DNA of 64,000 nt from Nemertoderma westbladi (taxonomy: Eukaryota > Animalia > Xenacoelomorpha). A model generated the notes under the pieces. It was not told the origin of the DNA, did not search any database, and was given only the letters and a program-made list of their open reading frames with translations. Positions 17,506 through 29,326 of this stretch are shown piece after piece. Position 1 is the stretch's first letter. Each line of letters starts with the position of its first letter. The position numbers and the translations under genes were made by a program. The DNA lies in assembly GCA_032718475.1 (NCBI GenBank), contig JAUCBJ010008490.1, positions 65,164-129,163 of the forward strand, written 5' to 3'.

Positions 17506-20500
17506 ACCACTCCGTCGACACAGCGGCCACCGACGGGGTAAATTCTATCTACGTAGCCGCGCATCCATTCGGACAATTTTTAGCAGATAGTGGAAGCGAT
17601 TGTTGTGTTTTACCACTTTGTTACGCCACAAGTAAGTCTGTTAGTGTTCCTAATATTAAATTAAGAGCGGCCAACAAAACTCCTATAAAAGTAATTAGTA
17701 AAGAAAAACTCTATTTTATTCTACCTGATTTTGGTAATGAGGAATTTTATTGGAATTTCTATATAGCAGATGTACCTCAACCTATATTAGGTTATGATTT
17801 TCTTAAAGAATATAGATTTTTGGTTGACTGTGTAAACAATCGTCTAATTCCAATGGATAAATTAAAACTTCCTCTGAGTAAACCCAACATTGAAATTCAA
17901 AAACAACAAACGATACTTTACAACCAAATGTTCGCAGAATTATAGTAGAAAACCCTGTTTATACTGACGAGGTTAACAAATTAGTGGATAAATACACTAC
18001 AATATTTCAACCAATCAATGTCAATGACCCAATTTTACATAAAACTGAGCACCACATACTAACGACGGGAGCGCCAACATTCTCAAAACCGAGACGACTT
18101 TTTGGTGAACGTTTAGAAATCGCTAAAAAAGTATTTAATAAATGGGAAGAACAGGGAGTCTGTTACAGAGGTGAATCCCCATACGCAACTCCTTTACACA
18201 TGGTGCCACAAACAAATTCTAAAACAACACCTTACAGAGCATGTGGTGATTACCGTAATTTAAATTCTCAAACTGTACCTGACAGATACCCAATGCCAAA
18301 CTTAAACGATATTCCCAATAAACTTCATGGCTGTACAGTGTTTTCAAAATTAGATCTTGCTTCTGCCTACACACAGATTCCGATTACTGCCACAGATCAA
18401 CTTAAAACTGCCATTACCACTCCCTTTGGGTTATTTATATTCCGTAGGATGCCCTATGGTCTGCGAAACGCAGCACAAACCTTCCAAAGGTTAATGGATA
18501 CAGTACTGCAAGGAATCCCATTTGCATGGGTATATTTAGATGATATTATGGTTGCAAGTTCAAACCCAGAAGAACATCTTATACACCTTGATATTATATT
18601 TAAACTACTGTCTTCACAAGGTCTACACCTCAGACAAGAGAAGTGTAAATTCTTTTGTTCTAACATTAATTTTGTTGGAGCTCATATTTCCGCTGCTGGA
18701 GTATCCCCATCACCCGAGAAAGTAGAAGCAATCACCTGTTTCCCACAGCCGTCCACAATTAAGGGTCTCAAAAGATTCTTAGGTATGGCTGGCTTCTACC
18801 ATAGATTTGTCCCAAACTTTTCTAGAATAGCAGCCCCACTAACTAATATGACAAGAAATATTAAAGGAAAAGGACATTTTTCTTTAAACTGGACAGATGA
18901 ATCATTAACTGCATTCAGAGAACTCAAAAATGCACTTCAGAACAGCGTAATTCTTGCTTTTCCGAAACTTGGAGCTAATTTTGAGTTAGAACTCACCACA
19001 GATGCTTCCAAAGTAGCTGCAGGTGCTGTATTACACCAGATAGTGGACAAGGTTAAAACCTTTAGCTTTCTTCTCAGCAAAGTACACTCCAAACGAATCA
19101 AACAAATCCGCATTTGATCGAGAATTACTAGCGATATATTTATCACTTAAACATTTTTCGTGGTTAATTGGAACACAATTTAATATAAAAACTGACCACA
19201 AACCACTACTACACATTCTCACTATGAAGAATCCTACACCTCAACAATCCAGATGGATCTCTTATCTCTCGGAATTCAATTGCACAATTACACACGTAGC
19301 AGGAGCCACCAATGTAGTAGCCGACACATTATCCCGTACCACATCAGCAATTAGCATTGAATATGACGAATCGTTAGCTAAAGCTCAATCAGAAGATTCA
19401 TCACTTATGTCATTTATCAACAAAACTAATCTTCCATTGAAGAAAATAGCAATTGGAGATACAATTTTATGGTGTGACGCCACAACAGATTACCTTAGAC
19501 CATATGTACCAACCAACATGAGATTTGGATTATTTTCTCAAGTTCATGGACTCTCACATTTGGGAGCTAGGGCAACTATTAAACAAATTTGTGAAAAATA
19601 CATTTGGCCTGGAATTAAACATGATCTTAGAAGATGGTGTCGAGAGTGTATCCGTTGCCAAAGAAGTAAAGTAATTAGACATACAAAGGCCCCAATTGGA
19701 TCAATTCCAACATCAGACCGTTTCCAGTCAATTCATATTGATATAGTCGGACCTCTACCACCTTCAAATGGTTTCCGTTATATGGTAACTATTATCGACC
19801 GTTTCACCAGATGGCCGGAAGTAATACCGGTGAGTAATATTGATACTATAAGTGTAGCGAAAGGACTGATCAATGGTTGGATCAGTCGTTTTGGTGTTCC
19901 TCGAGAACTCATATCAGACAGAGGAGCGCAATTTGAATCGAATATTTGGGGCGAATTGATGACTTTACTTGGTATTACACGAAAGCGAACAACATCATAT
20001 CATCCCCAGTGTAACGGCGCTGTGGAAAGGTTTCACAGAACTTTAAAGAATGCTTTAAGAGCACATGCAGTTGACTCCAGTTGGTCGGATTCATTGCCAA
20101 TGGTACTTTTGGGTCTGTGAACGAGCGTTAATTGCTCTGGATTCAGTCCATCCACAATGATTTATGGAGGAACAATAGAACTTCCTCAACAATTCTTTGT
20201 TCCAACAGATGTTGAGAAAAACACATCAACTTATTTACCGCAATATATGGAAAAACTTTTCGAAACAATAAATAATTTTACTGTTCCGGAACGGAAACAT
20301 TCAACACCAACATATATACCAACATCTTTAGACTCTGTGACGCATGTTTGGATACGAAATGATCGACTCAAGTCCAGTCTCAGTGATCGTTATAATGGAC
20401 CATTTAAGATAATTGAAAGAAAAGATAAAACAGTTAGTATTTCTATTAAAGGAAAGTTGGATACAGTTTCCATAGACCGCACAAAACCTGCCTTTGTAAA

Positions 20501-20981
20501 TACAGAGGAAGACAAAGAGCAGATCAAAACTGATAGAGTCACCCATTGTGATAAAACAACCAATAATTATACAAGTAAGACAACTCAGCATGACCAACCA
20601 CCCAAATTCAAACCTAATCAAGTCGTAATGGCTAAACGAAACGGATTTAGATTTTGGCCAGGTTTAATAATGAACAATATCACAAGGATTCGAAATTGCA
20701 AGTGTCCAACAGATTGTGTACCCATTAAGTTTTTTGGTGCAGATAGTAAAGAATTCATACCTTTGAGTAATATTTTATTATTCAAACCAGAAAATATTAA
20801 ACACGTTACCACAAGAAATTTTAATAATGCAATTGATATTGCAAAAAGGTATTTAGATTTATGTAAAGTTAACTCACTATTTAGCAATAAAACTAGCAAA
20901 ACTGTCAAATTTTCTTCAGATAAACATTATGCATATTTTTATAAAAATGATGCTCCGCAACTCATACGGGGGGTACTGTAA
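17496..20981 (+). pseudogene. pol: Pol (PR-RT-RNaseH-IN-PWWP), copy 1, disrupted
   Basis: LADSGS protease, YLDD RT, TTDAS RNase H, HHCC and D-D-E integrase (HIDIVG, ISDRG, VERFH), GPF motif. Frameshifts at ~17895-17945 and ~19050-19060; CGA>TGA stop at 20118-20120. Confidence 0.95.
20607..20855 (+). other. PWWP domain at integrase C-terminus (copy 1)
   Basis: FKPNQVVMAKRNGFRFWPGLI...VPIKFFGADSKEFIPLSNILLF...FNNAIDIA follows the PWWP pattern (VxAKxxG[YF]xxWP...xxFFG...FxxAxxxA). Confidence 0.85.
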
Positions 20982-21171
20982 TGCCTGAGTACGAAGTATT
21001 GGTGAAGGGATCTAAGATATAATATATAGAGTTATATAGAGTTACCGGTAGTGTGTGTACAGGACTACTGGATATATTGAGAGAATAGAGAATTATAAGA
21101 TCTGATTAAGTGATTACTTTAATATATTATTTTCTTCTATTTGTCTATTAAATATTGTATGTTACATTATA
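20977..21171 (+). repeat. 3' LTR of Gypsy copy 1 (195 bp)
   Basis: TGTAATG...CATTATA; identical by eye to 27928-28122 and 32747-32941; preceded by a G-rich PPT (CGGGGGGTAC). Confidence 0.96.
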
Positions 21172-24100
21172 GATATACGAATACTACGGATAAAATCCGA
21201 ACGGATATACGGATACTACGGATAAATTCCTAACGGATATACGGATACTACGGATAAAATCCGAACGGATATACGGATACTACGGATAAAATCCGAACGG
21301 ATATACGAATACTACGGATAAAATCCTAACGGATATACGGATACTACGGATAAAATCCGAACGGATATACGGATACTACGGATAAAATCAGAATGGATAT
21401 ACGGATAATACGGATAATCCGAACGGATATACGGATACTACGGATAAAATCAGAACGGATTTACGGATAATACGGATAATCCGAATGGATATACGGATAC
21501 TACGGATAAAATCCGAACGGATATACGAATACTACGGATAAAATCCGAACGGATATACAAATACTACGGATAAAATCCGAACGGATATACGGATACTACG
21601 GATAAAATCCGAACGGATATACGAATACTACGGATAAAATCCTAACGGATATACGGATACTACGGATAAAATCCGAACGGATATACGAATACTACGGATA
21701 AAATCCTAACGGATATACGGATACTACGGATAAAATCCGAACAGATATACGAATACTACGGATAAAATCCTAACGGATATACGGATACTACGGATAAAAT
21801 CCGAACGGATATACGGATACTACGGATAAAATCAGAACGGATATACGGATAATACGGATAATCCGAACGGATATACGGATACTACGGATAAAATCAGAAC
21901 GGATATACGGATAATACGGATAATCCGAATGGATATACGGATACTACGGATAAAATCCGAACGGATATACGGATACTACGGATAAAATCCGAACGGATAT
22001 ACGGATACTACGGATAATCCGAACGGATATACGGATACTACGGATAAAATCCGAACGGATATACGGATACTACGGATAATCCGAACGGATATACGGATAC
22101 TACGGATAAAATCCTAACGGATATACGGATACTACGGATAAAATCCGAACGGATATACGGATACTACGGATAATCCGAACGGATATACGGATACTACGGA
22201 TAAAATCCTAACGGATATACGGATACTACGGATAAAATCAGAACGGATATACGGATACTACGGATAATCAGAACGGATATACGGATACTACGGATAATCC
22301 GAACGGATATACGGATACTACGGATAAAATCCGAACGGATATACGGATACTACGGATAAAATCAGAATGGATATACGGATACTACGGATAAAATCAGAAT
22401 GGATATACAGATACTACGGATAATCCGAACGGATATATGGATACTACGGATAATCCGAACGGATATACGGATACTACGGATAAAATCAGAATGGATATAC
22501 GGATACTACGGATAATCCGAACGGATATACGGATACTACGGATAATCCGAACGGATATACAGATACTACGGATAAAATCAGAATGGATATACGGATACTA
22601 TGGATAATCCAAACGGATATACGGATACTACGGATAATCCGAACGGATATACGGATACTACGGATAAAATCCGAACGGATATACGGATACTACGGATAAA
22701 ATCAGAATGGATATACGGATACTACGGATAATCCGAACGGATATACGGATACTACGGATAAAATCCGAACGGATATACGGATACTACGGATAAAATCAGA
22801 ATGGATATACGGATACTACGGATAAAATCAGAATGGATATACAGATACTACGGATAATCCGAACGGATATACGGATACTACGGATAATCCGAACGGATAT
22901 ACGGATACTACGGATAAAATCAGAATGGATATACGGATACTACGGATAATCCGAACGGATATACGGATACTACGGATAATCCGAACGGATATACGGATAC
23001 TACGGATAAAATCAGAATGGATATACGGATACTACGGATAATCCAAACGGATATACGGATACTACGGATAATCCGAACGGATATACGGATACTACGGATA
23101 AAATCCGAACGGATATACGGATACTACGGATAAAATCAGAATGGATATACGGATACTACGGATAATCAGAACGGATATACGGATACTACGGATAAAATCC
23201 GAACGGATATACAGATACTACGGATAAAATCCGAACGGATATACGGATACTACGGATAAAATCCGAACGGATATATGGATACTACGGATAAAATCAGAAT
23301 GGATATACGGATACTACGGATAATCAGAACGGATATACGGATACTACGGATAATCAGAATGGATATACGGATACTATGGATAATCCGAACGGATATACGG
23401 ATACTACGGATAATCCAAACGGATATACAGATACTACGGATAAAATCCGAACGGATATACGGATACTACGGATAAAATCAGAATGGATATACGGATACTA
23501 CGGATAATCAGAACGGATATACGGATACTACGGATAATCCGAACGGATATACGGATACTACGGATAAAATCAGAATGGATATACGGATACTACGGATAAT
23601 CCGAACGGATATACGGATACTACGGATAATCCGAACGGATATACGGATACTACGGATAAAATCCGAACGGATATACGGATAAAATCAGAATGGATATACG
23701 GATACTACGGATAATCAGAACGGATATACGGATACTACGGATAAAATCCTAACGGATATACGGATACTACGGATAAAATCCGAATGGATATACGGATACT
23801 ACGGATAAAATCCGAACGGATATACGGATACTACGGATAAAATCCGAACGGATATACGGATACTACGGATAAAATCAGAATGGATATACGGATACTACGG
23901 ATAATCAGAACGGATATACGAATACTACGGATAAAATCCGAACGGATATACGGATACTACGGATAAAATTAGAACGGATATACAGATACTACGGATAAAA
24001 TCCTAACGGATATACGGATACTATGGATAATCCGAACGGATATACGGATACTACTGATAAAATCCTAACGGATATATGGATACTACGGATAAAATCCGAA

Positions 24101-27100
24101 CGGATATACGGATACTACGGATAAAATCCGAACGAATATACGGATACTACGGATAATCCGAACAGATATACGGATACTACGGTAAAATCAGAACGGATAA
24201 ACGGATACTACGGATAAAATCAGAATGGATATACGGATACTACAGATAAAATCCGAACGAATATACGGATACTACGGATAATCCGAACGGATATACAAAT
24301 ACTACGGATAAAATCCAAACGGATATACGAATACTACGGATAAAATCAGAACGGATATACGGATACTACGGATAATCAGAACGGATATACGGATACTACG
24401 GATAATCCGAACGGATATACGGATACTATGGATAAAATCAGAACGGATATACGGATACTACGGATAAAATCCGAACGGATATACGAATACTACGGATAAA
24501 ATCCGAACGGATATACGGATACTACGGATAATCCGAACGGATATACGGATACTATGGATAAAATCAGAACGGATATACAGATACTACGGATAATCCGAAC
24601 GGATATACGGATATTACGGATAATCCGAATGGATATACGGATACTACGGATAAAATCCGAACGGATATACAGATACTACGGATAAAATCAGAAAGGATAT
24701 ACGGATACTACGGATAATCCGAACGGATATACGGATACTACGGATAATCCGAACGGATATACGGATACTACGGATAAAATCCGAACGGATATACGGATAC
24801 TACGGATAATCCGAACTGATATACGGATACTACGGATAATCCGAACTGATATACGGATACTACGGATAATCCGAACGGATATACGGATACTACGGATAAT
24901 CCGAACGGATATACGGATACTACGGATAAAATCCGAACGGATACTACGGATAAAATCCGAACGGATACTAGGATAAAATCCGAACGGATATACGGATACT
25001 ACGGATAAAATCCGAACGGATATACGGATACTAAGGATAAAATCCGAACGGATATACGGATACTACGGATAAAATCCGAATGGATATACGGATACTATGG
25101 ATAAAATCCGAACGGATATACGGATACTACGGATAAAATCCGAACAAATATACAGATACTACGGATAATCCGAACGGATATACGGATACTACGGATAAAA
25201 TCCGAACGAATATATGGATACTACGGATAATCCGAACGGATATACGGATACTACGGATAAAATCCGAACGGATATATGGATACTACGGATAATCCGAATG
25301 GATATATGGATACTATGGATAAAATCCGAACGGATATACGGATACTACGGATAATCCGAACGGATATACGGATACTACGGATAAAATCCGAATGAATATA
25401 TGGATACTACGGATAATCCGAACGGATATACGGATACTACGGATAAAATCCGAACGGATATATGGATACTATGGATAAAATCCGAACGGATATATGGATA
25501 CTATGGATAAAATCCGAACGGATATACGGATACTACGGATAAAATCCGAACGGATATACGGATACTACGGATAAAATCAGAACGGATATACGGATACTAC
25601 GGATAATCCGAACGGATATAAGGATACTACGGATAATCCGAACGGATATACGGATACTACGGATAATCCGAATGGATATATGGATACTACGGATAAAATC
25701 CGAACGGATATACAGATACTACGGATAAAATCAGAAAGGATATACGGATACTACGGATAATCCGAACGGATATACGGATACTACGGATAATCCGAACGGA
25801 TATACGGATACTACGGATAAAATCCGAACGGATATACGGATACTACGGATAATCCGAACTGATATACAGATACTACGGATAATCCGAACGGATATACGGA
25901 TACTACGGATAATCCGAACGGATATACGGATACTACGGATAAAATCCGAACGGATATACGGATACTACGGATAAAATCCGAACGGATACTAGGATAAAAT
26001 CCGAACGGATATACGGATACTACGGATAAAATCCGAACGGATATACGGATACTACGGATAAAATCCGAACGGATATACGGATACTACGGATAAAATCCGA
26101 ACGGATATACGGATACTATGGATAAAATCCGAACGGATATACGGATACTACGGATAAAATCCGAACGAATATACGGATACTACGGATAATCCGAACGGAT
26201 ATACGGATACTACGGATAAAATCCGAACGAATATATGGATACTACGGATAATCCGAACGGATATACAGATACTACGGATAAAATCCGAACGGATATACGG
26301 ATACTACGGATAATCCAAACGAATATACGGATACTACGGATAAAATCCGAATGGATATCTGGATACTACGGATAATCCGAAAGGATATACGGATACTACG
26401 GATAATCCGAATGGATATACGGATACTACGGATAAAATCAGAATGGATATACGGATACTATGGATAAAATCAGAAAGGATATACGGATACTTCGGATAAA
26501 ATCCGAAAGGATATATGGATACTACGGATAAAATCCGAACGGATATACAGATACTACAGATAAAATCAGAACGGATATACGGATACTACGGATAAAATCC
26601 GAACGGATATACGGATACTACGGATAAAATCCGAACGGATATACGGATACTACGGATAAAATCCGAACGGATATACGGATACTACGGATAATCCAAATGG
26701 ATATACGGATACTACGGATAAAATCAGAACGGATATACGGATACTACGGATAAAATCAGAAAGGATATACGGATACTACGGATAAAATCAGAACGGATAT
26801 ACGGATACTACGGATAATCTGAACGGATATACGGATACTACGGATAAAATCCGAACGGATATATGGATACTTCGGATAAAATCCGAACGGATATACGGAT
26901 ACTACGGATAAAATCCAAACGGATATACGGATACTACGGATAAAATCCGAACGGATATACGGATACTACGGATAAAATCCGAACGGATATACGGATACTA
27001 CGGATAAAATCCGAACGGATATACGGATACTACGGATAAAATCAGAACGGATATATGGATACTACGGATAATCTGAACGGATATACGGATACTACGGATA

Positions 27101-27927
27101 AAATCCGAACGGATATACGGATACTACGGATAAAATCAGAACGGATATACGGATACTACGGATAATCTGAACGGATATACGGATACTACGGATAAAATCC
27201 GAACTGATATACGGATACTACGGATAAAATCCGAACGGATATACGGATACTACGGATAAAAGCCGAACGGATATACGGATACTACGGATAAAATCCGAAC
27301 GGATATACGGATACTACGGATAAAATCCGAACGGATATACGGATACTAAGGATAAAATCCGAACGGATATGCGGATACTACGGATAAAATCAGAACGGAT
27401 ATACGGATACTACGGATAATCTGAACGGATATACGGATACTACGGATAAAATCCGAACGGATATACGGATACTACGGATAAAATCAGAACGGATATACGG
27501 ATACTACGGATAATCAGAACGGATACTACGGATAAAATCCGAACGGATATACGGATACTACGGATAAAATCCGAACGGATATACAGATACTACGGATAAA
27601 ATCCTAACGGATATACGGATACTACGGATAATCCGAACGGATATACGGATACTATGGATAATCCGAACGGATATACGGATACTACGGATAAAATCCTAAC
27701 GGATATACGGATACTACGGATAAAATCCGAACGGATATACGGATACTACAGATAAAATCCGAACGGATATACGAATACTACGGATAAAATCTGAACGGAT
27801 ATACGGATACTACGGATAATCCGAACAGATATACGGATACAACGGATAAAATCCGAACGGATATACGAATACTACGGATAACATCCTAACGGATATACGG
27901 ATACTACGGATAAAATCCGAACGGATA
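21172..27927. repeat. Satellite A array, block 2
   Basis: Same 30/32-bp monomer; contains the junction (~24580) of the large tandem duplication. Confidence 0.98.
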
Positions 27928-28122
27928 TGTAATGCCTGAGTACGAAGTATTGGTGAAGGGATCTAAGATATAATATATAGAGTTATATAGAGTTACCGGT
28001 AGTGTGTGTACAGGACTACTGGATATATTGAGAGAATAGAGAATTATAAGATCTGATTAAGTGATTACTTTAATATATTATTTTCTTCTATTTGTCTATT
28101 AAATATTGTATGTTACATTATA
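27928..28122 (+). repeat. 5' LTR of Gypsy copy 2 (195 bp)
   Basis: Direct repeat of 32747-32941; internal TATATAGAGT(T) tandem duplication; ATTAAA near the 3' end. Confidence 0.96.
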
Positions 28123-28123
28123 T

Positions 28124-28141
28124 TGGTGACCCAGACGAGAT
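28124..28141 (+). promoter_or_regulatory. Primer-binding site, tRNA-Trp
   Basis: TGGTGACCCAGACGAGAT matches the canonical tRNA-Trp PBS TGGTGACCCCGACGTGAT at 16/18 positions, 1 nt after the LTR. Confidence 0.88.
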
Positions 28142-28179
28142 ATAAATCTAAATTCGAATAAACTCTAAAAGATCTAAAG

Positions 28180-29271
28180 ATGCCTGGGGGACTAGATTTA
28201 CACAATCAACCTAAATCAATTTTAGAGGCAATCCTGCAATTAATACATCAAGACGACCCCGAATTTACCGGTATGCCGGCGACAAAGCAGGATATTCTAG
28301 ACGAACTTAAAAATGAACTTCCTTCGGTAATTCGATTAGCATACAATCACGTCCACCAAGCTATAACTACAACCAACGTTCCTCAAAGTTATACGCCAAC
28401 TATTGAAACTACAATAACTCATCCAATAGCAATTAAACTGCCTACATTTTATGAAAAAGATTCGAGAGTTTGGTTTGACCAAATTGAACAAATCCTTTCG
28501 AATACTCCAGAGGATATTAAAAAGAACAGCCTTTTGCGAGTATTACCAACGAATGTTATTCTCGACAGCAGTACGCAGGTTTCCGACGATTTTACAACAA
28601 TAAAACTCTGTGTAATTAAATTCTTCGATGATAGCGAAGAAAAACGTCTAAAGAGACTCCTTAAAGAACAACACCTCGGAGACCGAAAACCCTCTGTTAC
28701 CCTGCGACAACTTCAACGTTTGGCACCTAACAATGAAAACCTTGTAAAGTTGCGATTCCTAGAATTATTGCCAGAACCGGTGCGTTTGGCGTTAATATCC
28801 ATCGATGGAGTAGCCTTGGAGAAACTCGCGGAAATCGCGGATCGAATGGTCGAACAATTGTCGACCAATGATACAACTAATGTAAACCGAGTCACAATTC
28901 CAGGTAATAGTGCAACTGGGGGAGTAGTCCCTGAAACAGGAAACCCTATGGAAATGTGGTGCAACAACATGACAAAACAATTATCGACATTAACGCAAGC
29001 AATCGATCGTCTATCACATCGAGATGACCATTCTCCTAACCGTGGTCGTAGTCGATATCATGGACGAAATCCAATCTCCGCCGAACGATCACCTTCAGCT
29101 GGAAGAGAATACCGACAACATCGCTCTAAGTCGCGTTCCTTCAACCCGGAAGGAAAATTCTGCTACTACCACTGGAGGTTCGGAAGGAAAGCAACCAAAT
29201 GTTCTGGTCCCGAAAGTTGCAGTTGGAGAGATGGACCACGCGAACCCTTAAACTCACAGTCGGGAAACTAA
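28180..29271 (+). CDS. gag: Gag (363 aa, intact) with CX2HX9CX5C nucleocapsid motif
   Basis: KLPTFY...WFxQIE, LGDRKPSxxLRxL and CYYHWRFG motifs are typical of CsRn1/Kabuki/Boudicca-type Gag. Confidence 0.92.
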   Translation: MPGGLDLHNQPKSILEAILQLIHQDDPEFTGMPATKQDILDELKNELPSVIRLAYNHVHQAITTTNVPQSYTPTIETTITHPIAIKLPTFYEKDSRVWFDQIEQILSNTPEDIKKNSLLRVLPTNVILDSSTQVSDDFTTIKLCVIKFFDDSEEKRLKRLLKEQHLGDRKPSVTLRQLQRLAPNNENLVKLRFLELLPEPVRLALISIDGVALEKLAEIADRMVEQLSTNDTTNVNRVTIPGNSATGGVVPETGNPMEMWCNNMTKQLSTLTQAIDRLSHRDDHSPNRGRSRYHGRNPISAERSPSAGREYRQHRSKSRSFNPEGKFCYYHWRFGRKATKCSGPESCSWRDGPREPLNSQSGN

Positions 29272-29326
29272 ACCACTCCGTCGACACAGCGGCCACCGAC
29301 GGGGTAAATTCTATCTACGTAGCCGC
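29262..29326 (+). promoter_or_regulatory. -1 ribosomal frameshift signal (GGGAAAC plus stem-loop/pseudoknot); also at 17496-17560
   Basis: G GGA AAC directly before the gag TAA; pol is in the -1 frame; 6-nt spacer, then stem ACTCCGTCG/CGACGGGGT. Confidence 0.85.

Larger units (their letters stand above)
16457..21171 (+). mobile_element. Ty3/Gypsy (CsRn1-like) LTR retrotransposon, copy 1, 5'-deleted
   Basis: Starts inside gag (TAGAGGCAATCC, equal to 28223 in copy 2); gag-PR-RT-RH-IN order; 3' LTR 20977-21171 followed by GATA; lacks 5' LTR and PBS. Confidence 0.96.

Noticed and set aside
16947-20908. Short antisense or alternate-frame ORFs over the Gypsy copies (and likewise over BEL and RTE)
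   Set aside because: Shadow ORFs of gag/pol with no recognisable motifs.
20157-20981. Apparent separate third ORF (env-like or accessory) in Gypsy copy 1
   Set aside because: It is the integrase C-terminus cut off by a private CGA>TGA; continuous in copy 2; no signal peptide or transmembrane segment.
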